A DNA stretch of 38,375 nucleotides from IMG/VR virus record IMGVR_UViG_2541047847_000005; one strand, written 5' to 3'. The stretch's first letter is position 1, and each line of letters opens with the position of its first letter. The position numbers were made by a program, and so were the translations under genes. The notes beneath the pieces are model-generated. The model did not search any database. It saw only the letters and a program-made list of their open reading frames with translations, and was not told the origin of the DNA. This document shows, piece by piece, positions 24,779-34,036 of the stretch. The DNA comes from a virus. Taxonomy: Duplodnaviria > Heunggongvirae > Uroviricota > Caudoviricetes.

Positions 24779-26195
24779 CTATCTGCATGGTCCCGAAACC
24801 ATTGAGGTGGAAAACGGTGCCCGCCCGGTTAAAACGGTGAAATCTGCCGTTATTGGCCTGATTGGTACCGCCCCGATGGGGGATGTCAATACGCTGGTAC
24901 AGTGCCTGTCTGAGAAAGACGCAGCGGCATTTGGCAGCCAGTTCACCGGCTTTACCATTCCGCAGGCGCTGGATGCGATTTATGACCATGGTGCAGGCAC
25001 CGTTCTGGTCATTAACGTCCTCGACCCGGCGAAACATAAAACGGCGATCGAGGATGAGGTGGTTACCTTTGACAAATCGACAGGGCAGGCCAGACTGGCG
25101 CATCCGGTTGTCGCTAATGTGGTGGTGAAAAACAGTGAAGGCAGCACCTCCCACACGGCGAACACGGACTACCGTGTTGATGCGCAGGCGGGTGTGCTCA
25201 CGAACCTGGGCAAGGCTATTGAGGCCGGTGGCAGCGTGAAGGTGAGCTATGAGTACGCGGACCCGTCGAAGGTGACTGCGGCGGACATCATCGGCGGGGT
25301 GAACAGCGCCGGAAACCGAACCGGCATGAAGCTGCTTAACGACAGCTTCAACCTGTACGGCTATTTCGCCAAAATTCTGATTGCGCCGGTGTTCTGCACC
25401 CAGAAGAGTGTCGCAGTTGAGCTTATCGCCATGGCAGAGAAGCTGGGCGCGGTAACCTACATTGATGCGCCTGTCGGTACCACCTTTGCACAGGCTCTGG
25501 CAGGTCGTGGCCCGGAAGGCACCATCAACTTCAATACCAGCTCCGACCGCGTCCGTCTGTGCTACCCGCATGTGAAGGTATACGATCCGGTGACAAACAC
25601 GGAGCGTCTGGAGCCGCTCAGCCAGCGTGCAGCAGGTCTGCGTGCCCGTATCGACCTTGAGAAGGGCTACTGGTGGTCATCCTCCAATCAGGAGATTCTG
25701 GGGATCACCGGCGTGGAGCGCCAGCTGTCCGCGATGATTGATGACCCGCAGAGTGAGGTGAACCTGCTTAACGAACAGGGGATCACCACGGTATTCAGCA
25801 GTTACGGCAGCGGCCTTCGTCTGTGGGGTAACCGGACGGCAGCATGGCCAACGGTCACCCATATGCGTAACTTTGAGAACGTTCGCCGCACCGGTGATGT
25901 GATCAACGAGTCCATTCGTTATTTCAGCCAGCAGTACATCGACATGCCGATTACTCAGGCGCTGATTGATGCACTGACGGAGTCGGTCAACGCCTACGGT
26001 CGCAAAATGACTGGTGATGGTGCGGTACTGGGCTTCCGTTGCTGGTTTGATCCGGCCCGCAATCCGGAGACGGAGCTGGCCGCCGGGCACCTGTTGCTGA
26101 GCTACAAATATACGCCACCACCGCCGCTGGAGCGACTGACGTTTGAGACTGAGATCACCTCGGAATACCTGTTAACCCTGAAAGGGGGCAACTGA
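24768..26195 (+). CDS. contractile tail sheath protein
   Basis: 475 aa; followed by the tube gene with ATGA overlap; order typical of Mu L / P2 FI. Confidence 0.8.
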   Translation: MAANYLHGPETIEVENGARPVKTVKSAVIGLIGTAPMGDVNTLVQCLSEKDAAAFGSQFTGFTIPQALDAIYDHGAGTVLVINVLDPAKHKTAIEDEVVTFDKSTGQARLAHPVVANVVVKNSEGSTSHTANTDYRVDAQAGVLTNLGKAIEAGGSVKVSYEYADPSKVTAADIIGGVNSAGNRTGMKLLNDSFNLYGYFAKILIAPVFCTQKSVAVELIAMAEKLGAVTYIDAPVGTTFAQALAGRGPEGTINFNTSSDRVRLCYPHVKVYDPVTNTERLEPLSQRAAGLRARIDLEKGYWWSSSNQEILGITGVERQLSAMIDDPQSEVNLLNEQGITTVFSSYGSGLRLWGNRTAAWPTVTHMRNFENVRRTGDVINESIRYFSQQYIDMPITQALIDALTESVNAYGRKMTGDGAVLGFRCWFDPARNPETELAAGHLLLSYKYTPPPPLERLTFETEITSEYLLTLKGGN

Positions 26196-26716
26196 TGTCA
26201 AAGATTGAGATAAACCGCATCACGAATGCCAACATCTATCTGGATGGTACTAACCTGCTGGGACGGGCTGAGGAAGTCAAACTCCCCGATGTCTCCATGA
26301 TTATGCAGGAACACAAGGCGCTGGGGATGGTGGGTAAGGTGGAACTCCCGGCTGGTTTTGACAAACTGGAAGGCGAAATCAAATGGAACAGCTTTTACCG
26401 CGATGCGATGCTGTCTGCCGCGAACCCGTACAGGTCGCTGGCACTGCAGTGTCGTTCCAGCGTCCAGCGCTACAGCTCGCAGGGGCTGATTGACGAAATC
26501 CCGCTGGTCACCTTCCTGACGATTATGTTCAAGAAGAACCCGCTGGGGACGTTCAAACAGCACGAGAACGCCGAGTTCTCCAGTAGCTTCACCTGCACGT
26601 ATATCAGACAGGTACTGGATGGTGAAGAGCTGCTGCAACTGGACTATCTGGCCAACATCTTCCGGGTCGGCGGTGTTGATCAACTGACTGACTACCGTAT
26701 CAATATCGGGGGCTGA
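26195..26716 (+). CDS. tail tube protein
   Basis: 173 aa immediately after sheath; order typical of Mu M / P2 FII. Confidence 0.8.
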   Translation: MSKIEINRITNANIYLDGTNLLGRAEEVKLPDVSMIMQEHKALGMVGKVELPAGFDKLEGEIKWNSFYRDAMLSAANPYRSLALQCRSSVQRYSSQGLIDEIPLVTFLTIMFKKNPLGTFKQHENAEFSSSFTCTYIRQVLDGEELLQLDYLANIFRVGGVDQLTDYRINIGG

Positions 26717-26718
26717 CG

Positions 26719-27000
26719 ATGAGTGTTGAACTGACGGATAAAGGAAGACGATGTGCGGCACTGGGCATGTCAAATGGTACGTGGTTTACCCTCCTTGATA
26801 TTCCGGGGGTGGAAACCCTTTTTAATACCCGTAAAACCAATGACCCGATTGACTGCACACGTTCAAAGGCCCGCAAACTGGCGGATTTGATTGAAGCATG
26901 GGAGCCTCCCGACCACTGGTTCTCCGGCACCGGCAAATCTGAGGGAAAGACGCTTCTCATCGCTTTCCTGCGTAACTGCAAGGGGTTTCGCACTTGCTGA
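26719..27000 (+). CDS. hypothetical protein (93 aa)
   Basis: ORF between tube and chaperone genes; followed by a GC hairpin and T-rich run. Confidence 0.4.
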   Translation: MSVELTDKGRRCAALGMSNGTWFTLLDIPGVETLFNTRKTNDPIDCTRSKARKLADLIEAWEPPDHWFSGTGKSEGKTLLIAFLRNCKGFRTC

Positions 27001-27097
27001 CATCACAGGGGCTCCGGCCCCTTCTTCTTAATCTCCTTTAATATCCGTCACGCGCTTCTCCCGACATACTGCCCTGAACTTACACAGGAGCACAATC

Positions 27098-27433
27098 ATG
27101 TCACAGACCCCATCCGATACTTTTAAATTGTCTTATCCCTTCACCACTGCTGCAGGCACCAGAATTGAGCAGGTTGAACTGAAACGCCTGACGGTAAAAG
27201 ACCTGAAGCAGGTGCGCAAAATCAGCAAAAACCCGGCAGACTGGGACGAACCGCTGATTGCCCGCAGTACTGGTCTTCTCCCGGAAGATCTCGACAATAT
27301 GGACCTGGCTGATTACCTGCAGTTACAGAAACGATTTCAGCTCATCACGGGGATGGGTGAGAGCGACAAAGGCGCTGACGCAGGCGCAGGGGCTGCTGGC
27401 GAGATGGTTCCGGTTTCAGCCGGGGGAGATTGA
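27098..27433 (+). CDS. tail assembly chaperone (P2 gpE-like)
   Basis: 111 aa; N-terminal motif LSYPFTTAAGTRIEQVELKRLTVKDLKQV; directly upstream of the tape measure gene. Confidence 0.65.
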   Translation: MSQTPSDTFKLSYPFTTAAGTRIEQVELKRLTVKDLKQVRKISKNPADWDEPLIARSTGLLPEDLDNMDLADYLQLQKRFQLITGMGESDKGADAGAGAAGEMVPVSAGGD

Positions 27434-27515
27434 TGCCCTCGATACTGACGATCTGGAGATGTGGCTGGAGCAGGCTGAAGAGCAAATAAAAAGCGAGTAC
27501 GGCGACAAATCATAA
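27258..27515 (+). CDS. overlapping ORF, candidate frameshift extension of the tail assembly chaperone
   Basis: second frame open across the 3-prime end of the chaperone gene and ending just before the tape measure gene, the conserved position of chaperone frameshift products; slippery site not identified. Confidence 0.35.
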   Translation: MPAVLVFSRKISTIWTWLITCSYRNDFSSSRGWVRATKALTQAQGLLARWFRFQPGEIDALDTDDLEMWLEQAEEQIKSEYGDKS

Positions 27516-27590
27516 TACAGACAGCCGCCAGTAGCGGCTGTTCTGCGTTATCCCCTCACGTCTTTTCACCTTCCCCGGAGGTTAACCACT

Positions 27591-30500
27591 ATGTCGGGAC
27601 AGTTTTCAGTCGGCGTTGTTATCGGCGGGATGATTGGCAGCACATTCCGTTCTGCAATGAGCGGTACCCGCCGTGCGCTTGATTCCCTGAGCGATACCTC
27701 ACGCCGCCTGCAGGAACGTCAGAACGCTTTAACCCGTGCAACAGAACGTTATGGTCAACTGGGTTCTTCCCGGATGCAGCATCTCAACAGCGAGCTGCTG
27801 CGGGTAAGCCGCACCATGGAGCAAATTGAGCGCCAGCAGCGCCGTCTGTCAGCGGCATCCGCTACCAGTGATGCGCTGAAAGCTAACCGCATGGCGCTGT
27901 ATGGTCAGGGGATTGAAGCGTATGGCATGGCTCAGACTGTTTATCATACGGTTTCCCCTGCCGTTCAGCAGTCCATGTTTTTTCAGGACAAAATGATTGA
28001 TATGTCGATCACCGCAAAATATGACAATAAAACGCGGGATGCACTTGCCGGACAGATAAAAGGCTGGGCGCTTAAATACAATCAGTATCAGGATGAGCTG
28101 CAGGAGGCGGTGGGTTCACTCATCAGCGACAATATTGATAATGTGTCAGATATCGGTTTTCTGATGCCGGATATTGCCCGCGCGGCAACGGCAACACGCA
28201 CGTCTGCTCAGGACTGGGCAAAAGTGGCCGCAGTCTGGCAAAACTCCCTGAAAGGTGCGGCCAGAGATTTTGGTGCCGTTCAGAATATTATGGCTTATGC
28301 CGGTGACCAGGGGTCATTTGAAATCCCGGATCAGGTCAAGTGGATGCAGTCCCTGGCCCCAATGATGGCGGGTATTGCCAGTGGAAAAGAGGCTGTTGCT
28401 GAAATCGGGGCCAGTCTCCAGATAGCAAAAATCGGTGCAGGTTCCACCGACGAAGCAGCCAATAATTTTAAAAACTTTCTTACCAAAATTTTTGCCCGCG
28501 ATACTCAGAAACAGTTTGCTGATCTGGGTATTGATTTGCAGGGATCTATTGCGAGTTATAAAGCTGCGGGGATCTCTCCGATTGAAGGGATGTTGAGTGT
28601 TATAGAACGTTACCTCAATGCCAAAAGCCCCGAAGCGCTGGCCGGCTTCAAATCCGCCATGAAAATAAAGAATGATACGGCAAGAGATGAGGCACTTCAG
28701 GCTCTGGCGAAAAACTTTGGTCTGGGTGATATGTTCGCGGATATGCAGGTCATGGCATTTATCCGCCCGATGCTGGCCAACATGGACAGATATCGCGAGA
28801 TCCGCGCCGGTGCTCTCAGGGCTGCGGATAACGATTTGCTTGCCAGTGCTTATGATCAGCGGCTGAAATCTCCCCTTGAAGCCACTAAAACACTTATGGT
28901 CAGCAGTCGCGATCTGGCAATTACGCTGGGCGATCAATTAGCTCCATCTTTTATTTCTTTGACTCAGGAACTGCTTCCACTCATTCAGGGGGCAAAACAC
29001 TGGGTAGCGACTCACCCGCAATTTGTCAGTGGGGCTTTTAAGCTCATCAGTGCGCTCCTTGCGATTAAGATAGCGACTGTTGGTCTCAAACTGGGGCTGA
29101 ATCTCCTTATTTCCCCCTTTGTGAACGTCTGGAAAACTACTGTTTTACTCCGGACCAACTGGCATCGACTGGCTACCGCACTCGGAGAAGGTGGCAAATT
29201 ACGCTGGCTTGTCACTGGATTCAGCCGACTGACCAGCGGAGGACTGAAACTCAGCAAAGTTCTGGCGGGCAGCCTCGTTCGCGGTTTTATGAGCGCTGCA
29301 CGTGCCGTTCTCTGGATTGGGCGAGCGCTGATGATGAATCCCATCGGTCTCGTTATCACCGCTGTCGCGGCAGCAGCTTACCTTATCTACCGCAACTGGG
29401 GGGCTGTCAGTGGTTGGTTTAAACAGCGCTGGGCTGACATTCAGGAAGCCTTTAACGGCGGCATTGTGGGAATTGGTAAGTTGCTGATTAACTGGTCGCC
29501 GGCAGGCCTGCTCTATAAAGCCTTTGCGGCTGCGCTGAAATATTTCGGCGTTGCTCTGCCGGCAAAGTTCACCGACTTCGGTGGCCATCTTATCGACGGT
29601 CTGATTAACGGTATCAAAAACAAATGGGGGTCGCTCAAATCCAGTGTAACCGGAATGGGTGACAGCATCAGTAGCTGGTTTAAACAGTGCTGGGCTGACA
29701 TTCAGGAAGCCTTTAACGGCGGCATTGTGGGAATTGGTAAGTTGCTGATTAACTGGTCGCCGGCAGGCCTGCTCTATAAAGCCTTTGCGGCTGCGCTGAA
29801 ATATTTCGGCGTTACTCTGCCGGCAAAGTTCACCGACTTCGGTGGCCATCTTATCGACGGTCTGATTAACGGTATCAAAAACAAATGGGGGGCGCTCAAA
29901 TCCAGTGTAACCGGAATGGGTGACAGCATCAGTAGCTGGTTTAAACAGTGCTGGGCTGACATTCAGGAAGCCTTTAACGGCGGTATCGCGGGAACTGGTA
30001 AGCTGCTGATTAACTGGTCGCCGGCAGGTCTGCTCTATAAAGCCTTTGCAGCTGCGCTGAAATATCTTGGTGTTGATCTGCCGGCAAAGTTTACCGACTT
30101 CGGTGGCCATCTTGTCGATGGTCTGATTAACGGTATCAAAAACAAATGGGAGTCGCTCAAATCCAGTGTAACCGGAATGGGTGACAGCATCAGTGGCTGG
30201 TTCAGCGAAAAGCTGGGCATTCATTCGCCGAGCCGCGTGTTTATGGGCTTTGGTGACAATATCGCGCAGGGGGCCGCCATTGGCCTGCAGCGGACCACTC
30301 CGCTTGTAGCTCTGGCCGGGCAGCGAATGGCCAGTGAACTGCTCCCCAGAATGCCCGTGAGCATTCAGGGGCCAGAAATACGGGATAACACTTCAGGTGT
30401 TCGCTTCAGTATGCCGTTGCCCGATATCAATGGGTTTATGTCGTCTGCTAAAAATGCGATCGGAGCCGTAATCAATAGTTTGTCTTCCATGCCCGCTATT

Positions 30501-30803
30501 CCGCTCTCCACCCGGGCATCGATTTTACCAGGGCAACGTCTGGCAAATGAGATGACACCGGATGTTCCCCGTATCCCCTCGCCTGAAATCCTGGCTGCCG
30601 GATATTCAGGCCGTGGTGCAGCTGCAACCGGCGGTGGAACGTCTGGTGGTATCCAGGTCAGCTTTAATCCTCAGTTTTTCCTCAATGGCAGGGAAACCAC
30701 AGCGCCTGCAGGACTGACTGGTGCCCTGAATATGAGTCTGCATGAGCTGGAAAAAATGCTGGAGCGTCTGCTGGCTCAGAAACAACGTAAGGAGTACCGC
30801 TGA
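27591..30803 (+). CDS. tail tape measure protein with internal tandem triplication
   Basis: 1070 aa; GGAGG upstream; long helical protein after the chaperone genes; contains 3 near-identical 87-aa repeats. Confidence 0.9.
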   Translation: MSGQFSVGVVIGGMIGSTFRSAMSGTRRALDSLSDTSRRLQERQNALTRATERYGQLGSSRMQHLNSELLRVSRTMEQIERQQRRLSAASATSDALKANRMALYGQGIEAYGMAQTVYHTVSPAVQQSMFFQDKMIDMSITAKYDNKTRDALAGQIKGWALKYNQYQDELQEAVGSLISDNIDNVSDIGFLMPDIARAATATRTSAQDWAKVAAVWQNSLKGAARDFGAVQNIMAYAGDQGSFEIPDQVKWMQSLAPMMAGIASGKEAVAEIGASLQIAKIGAGSTDEAANNFKNFLTKIFARDTQKQFADLGIDLQGSIASYKAAGISPIEGMLSVIERYLNAKSPEALAGFKSAMKIKNDTARDEALQALAKNFGLGDMFADMQVMAFIRPMLANMDRYREIRAGALRAADNDLLASAYDQRLKSPLEATKTLMVSSRDLAITLGDQLAPSFISLTQELLPLIQGAKHWVATHPQFVSGAFKLISALLAIKIATVGLKLGLNLLISPFVNVWKTTVLLRTNWHRLATALGEGGKLRWLVTGFSRLTSGGLKLSKVLAGSLVRGFMSAARAVLWIGRALMMNPIGLVITAVAAAAYLIYRNWGAVSGWFKQRWADIQEAFNGGIVGIGKLLINWSPAGLLYKAFAAALKYFGVALPAKFTDFGGHLIDGLINGIKNKWGSLKSSVTGMGDSISSWFKQCWADIQEAFNGGIVGIGKLLINWSPAGLLYKAFAAALKYFGVTLPAKFTDFGGHLIDGLINGIKNKWGALKSSVTGMGDSISSWFKQCWADIQEAFNGGIAGTGKLLINWSPAGLLYKAFAAALKYLGVDLPAKFTDFGGHLVDGLINGIKNKWESLKSSVTGMGDSISGWFSEKLGIHSPSRVFMGFGDNIAQGAAIGLQRTTPLVALAGQRMASELLPRMPVSIQGPEIRDNTSGVRFSMPLPDINGFMSSAKNAIGAVINSLSSMPAIPLSTRASILPGQRLANEMTPDVPRIPSPEILAAGYSGRGAAATGGGTSGGIQVSFNPQFFLNGRETTAPAGLTGALNMSLHELEKMLERLLAQKQRKEYR
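29415..30197 (+). repeat. 3 tandem copies of a 261-bp in-frame repeat inside the tape measure gene
   Basis: repeat units start at 29415, 29676 and 29937 (TGGTTTAAACAG...); each encodes WFKQ.WADIQEAFNGGI...KNKW..LKSSVTGMGDSIS with few substitutions. Confidence 0.9.
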
Positions 30804-31687
30804 TGTTTGCCGTACTGGGTGATATTGAGTTTGAGCTGATTACCTACTGGGACGGCTTCGAGGCCACGTTCGGCGTCGATTATGCGGAGCATGCCCGCAT
30901 CGGGGGTAAGCCTGGCCTGCAGTTCGTCGGCGACAGGCTGGACGAAATCCAGATAAGTCTGGTCTTCCATCAGCATTATTGTGTACCCGATGTGGAGCTG
31001 GCGAGACTGCGAACAACCATGAAAGCCCATCAGGCACTGGCGCTGGTCTTCGGCAACGGTGACTATCGCGGCTGGTTCGTGATTACCGATGTGACTGCAA
31101 CCAGCGAGCAGACTGACAGTACCGGCAACGTGCTGGCTGTCAGTGCCACCGTGTCTCTCCGGGAATACACCGGTGACCCGAAAAATCCTCTGCAACCACC
31201 GGCAATACGCACGAAGCTCCCGGGTGTCGGGGCGGTCTCCGGTGCCATTCCTTCACCTTCCGGGGTGGCGCAGTTCATCCGCAACGGCGTCAACTATGCG
31301 AAACAGGCGCAGTCTGTACTCCAGACCACTATCAGCGCCGTTCGGGTGACACAGAAAATGAAGGATAACCCCGTTGTCGCACTGACCCGTGTGCCGGGGC
31401 TGATGAGCGGACTGGGTAATATCTCCGGGGCTCTGGGGAAAAGTGTTCCGGCGTTTAACGCACTCTCTGAATCCATGCCCGATGCCATCAGTCTGGCCAG
31501 AACAGCCAGCGAAGCAGCCACGTATGTACAGCAGGCACAGTCTGCGCTGAGTGGTGTGGACAAAAGAAATATTGCAGGTGCTCTGGATACCGTTTCCGGG
31601 CAGCTTAACGCCGTCGGAACAGCATTCAACCGCATGTCTCCGGGATTAAGTGCAATGGCCGCCAGAATACTGACGAGGAGTGTGTGA
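30803..31687 (+). CDS. tail protein (P2 gpU-like N-terminal domain; Mu N position)
   Basis: 294 aa; ATGA overlap with tape measure gene; module order. Confidence 0.55.
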   Translation: MFAVLGDIEFELITYWDGFEATFGVDYAEHARIGGKPGLQFVGDRLDEIQISLVFHQHYCVPDVELARLRTTMKAHQALALVFGNGDYRGWFVITDVTATSEQTDSTGNVLAVSATVSLREYTGDPKNPLQPPAIRTKLPGVGAVSGAIPSPSGVAQFIRNGVNYAKQAQSVLQTTISAVRVTQKMKDNPVVALTRVPGLMSGLGNISGALGKSVPAFNALSESMPDAISLARTASEAATYVQQAQSALSGVDKRNIAGALDTVSGQLNAVGTAFNRMSPGLSAMAARILTRSV

Positions 31688-31899
31688 TGTTTCTTGAACA
31701 TGTTACCCGTGACGGAGAGCGCTGGGATTCGCTGGCATGGCAGTACTACGGTGACCCGCTGGGCTATCCCCGGATTATTGCCGCCAATCCGCACGTGGCC
31801 ATCACGCCGGTGCTGCCCTCCGGGCTGTTGTTACTGATCCCGGTGATTGAGGCTGAAGAAGCCCGTACAGAAGAGGATATTGCCCCATGGCTGAGATAA
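31687..31899 (+). CDS. tail protein X (LysM-like)
   Basis: ORF 31684..31899, ATG at 31687; motif WDSLAWQYYGDP...IIAANPHVA...VLPSGLLLLIP resembles P2 gpX family. Confidence 0.6.
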   Translation: MFLEHVTRDGERWDSLAWQYYGDPLGYPRIIAANPHVAITPVLPSGLLLLIPVIEAEEARTEEDIAPWLR

Positions 31900-33041
31900 A
31901 CAGCACTGCGCAAGTCACATCAGCGTTAACCGGCGTCAGCGATGTGCTGACACCGGTGTTCACTCTGTGGTATCTGCAGAAAAACATCACCTCTGATATC
32001 GCGCCTTATGTCACCCGTGTGACCTGGAGCGATAACATCAAAAATGAGTCCGATACCATTGAGGTGGAGCTGGACGACACCGATGGCCGCTGGCTGGATA
32101 AGTGGTATCCGGGCAAGGGTGACACGCTGACGCTGAAAATGGGCTATCAGGGCGAGAAGCTGCTGTCCTGCGGTACGTTCTCTATAGACGAGATCGAAGT
32201 GAGTTCGCCCGCTTCCGTTGTTTCTATCCGTGGGGTGGCCACCTCGGTTAACAGTGCCCTGCGGACTAAAACCAGTCGTGGTTTTGAGAACACCACGCTG
32301 GCAGCTGTTGCGGGGCGGATTGCCAGAAAGCACCGGCTGAAACTGGTGGGCAGCATTGAGTCCATCAGAATCGACCGGGTGACCCAGTATGCTGAAACCG
32401 ACGTGGGTTTTCTGCGCCGGCTGGCCAGCGAGTATGGTTATGCAGTGAAAGTGGTCAGTGACCAGCTGATTTTTTCTCATCTGGCCACACTGCGCAGTCA
32501 GGAGCCGGTCAGGCAGTTAAAACCGCAGGATGTGGCCCGCTTTTCCCTGCGTGACACCATCAACCGGGTCTATAAATCTGCAAAGGTAAAACACCAGAAA
32601 AGCAGCAGTAAAAAACTGATCGTCTACGAAGCTGATGGTGGTACCCGTGAAAGCGACAAAAAGCTCAAAGGTGGTAAGGTTACCAGCGCTGACTCACTTA
32701 AAGTTAACAGCCGCGTCAGCGACCCGGACAGTGCCCGGATTAAAGCGGATTCAGCACTGGCCAGACATAACGAATACCAGCAGAACGGCTCCCTGACGCT
32801 GACGGGAACACCTCAACTGACAGCAGGCAACAAAATTGAACTGGTGGGTTTTGGGCAGTTATCCGGGCCATGGCTCATAACCACTGCCCGCCATGCGTTT
32901 GACCGTAACAGCGGCTACACCACAGAGCTGGAAGTGGCACGGGGGCCAGTCACAAGAGGGAAAAAACAAAAAACTCAGAAACTCACGGTTTATCACCCGG
33001 ATGGCAGTACATCGACGGTGATTAAGGAGAAGAAAAAATGA
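31887..33041 (+). CDS. tail protein, late control D family (Mu P-like)
   Basis: 384 aa after the X-like gene; module order. Confidence 0.7.
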   Translation: MAEINSTAQVTSALTGVSDVLTPVFTLWYLQKNITSDIAPYVTRVTWSDNIKNESDTIEVELDDTDGRWLDKWYPGKGDTLTLKMGYQGEKLLSCGTFSIDEIEVSSPASVVSIRGVATSVNSALRTKTSRGFENTTLAAVAGRIARKHRLKLVGSIESIRIDRVTQYAETDVGFLRRLASEYGYAVKVVSDQLIFSHLATLRSQEPVRQLKPQDVARFSLRDTINRVYKSAKVKHQKSSSKKLIVYEADGGTRESDKKLKGGKVTSADSLKVNSRVSDPDSARIKADSALARHNEYQQNGSLTLTGTPQLTAGNKIELVGFGQLSGPWLITTARHAFDRNSGYTTELEVARGPVTRGKKQKTQKLTVYHPDGSTSTVIKEKKK

Positions 33042-33634
33042 CTGGTGTCACTCGTCAGGTCGGTACGGTCAGTGCCGTTGATGCCGACAGGGTTCAGGCC
33101 CGCGTTCGTCTGCCTGAATGCGATAACCTGCGCACAAACTGGCTTAACGTGCTGCAGCGCAATACCCAGGATAACAAAGATTACTGGCTCCCTGACGTGG
33201 GGGAGCAGGTTGAGGTGCTGCTCGATGCCAACGGCGAGGATGGTGTTATTCTGGGCGCGGTGTATTCAGACGTCGATAAACCACCGTTCAGTGACAAAAA
33301 TATCCGGGGAACCCGGTTTGCTGATGGTGCAGAGTACAGCTACAACCGGAAGACGCACACTCTGATCATCCGGGGCGGCATTGAGCATATTGTCATTGAG
33401 TGTGGTGCTGATGTGGTATTGAAAACACAGAAAGCCACGATTGACGCACCGGAAACCGAACTTACCGGAGATCTGCGTGTCAGGGGTAAACTGATTTACG
33501 AAGGAGGCATGGCGGGTTCTGGTGGTGAAGGTGTTACCGCGACCATCCATGGCAATATCGAGATTAAAGGGAATGCCCATGCCACGGGCAGTATGTTGTC
33601 TGATGGCGAAAACTCCAGCCACCACTCCCACTGA
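33038..33634 (+). CDS. baseplate spike/assembly protein V
   Basis: 198 aa; ATGA overlap with upstream gene; N-terminal OB-fold-like region and C-terminal Gly-rich tip. Confidence 0.7.
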   Translation: MTGVTRQVGTVSAVDADRVQARVRLPECDNLRTNWLNVLQRNTQDNKDYWLPDVGEQVEVLLDANGEDGVILGAVYSDVDKPPFSDKNIRGTRFADGAEYSYNRKTHTLIIRGGIEHIVIECGADVVLKTQKATIDAPETELTGDLRVRGKLIYEGGMAGSGGEGVTATIHGNIEIKGNAHATGSMLSDGENSSHHSH

Positions 33635-33688
33635 GCTTTTTAAACGCCTTTAATATCAGCGTTCCCGCACGGGGGCAATACTGCCCCC

Positions 33689-34036
33689 ATGAAAACAACC
33701 TCAGTATTCTGGCAACCAGCCCTGCAGGCTCCCGGCGAAATTGTCCGGGGGCTGGATGATATCCGGCAGGCGATTCAAATTATCCTGCGGACTCCCCGCG
33801 GCAGCGACCCGCATCGCCCGGAGTTCGGCAGCAATCTGCATCTTTATATCGACTGGCCTGTAGACCGGGCCATTCCGCATGTGGTGCGCGAATCCGTCGA
33901 TGCCATCCGGCGCTGGGAGCCCCGCTGCCAGCTTATGTCAGTTAAACCCGCCGTCGACGGCGAACATCTTACGCTCCGGGTGAGCTGGAAAGGCTCAGAC
34001 GGACAGACCCGGACTCAGGAGCTGCTATGGCGCTGA
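33689..34036 (+). CDS. baseplate protein W (gp25-like)
   Basis: 115 aa directly upstream of and overlapping the J-like gene. Confidence 0.6.
   Translation: MKTTSVFWQPALQAPGEIVRGLDDIRQAIQIILRTPRGSDPHRPEFGSNLHLYIDWPVDRAIPHVVRESVDAIRRWEPRCQLMSVKPAVDGEHLTLRVSWKGSDGQTRTQELLWR

Noticed and set aside
24687-25571. 294-aa minus-strand ORF
   Set aside because: Antisense to the tail sheath gene.
29415-30197. Possible CRISPR array suggested by regular direct repeats
   Set aside because: Repeat unit is 261 bp with no spacers, is in-frame coding sequence of the tape-measure protein, and there are no cas genes.
29199-30224. 341-aa minus-strand ORF plus three 61-62-aa minus ORFs (29513..29701, 29774..29962, 30035..30220)
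   Set aside because: They lie antisense to the tape-measure gene and are themselves repeated copies created by the 261-bp triplication; no ribosome-binding site, and the sense strand has a far longer, well-supported ORF.
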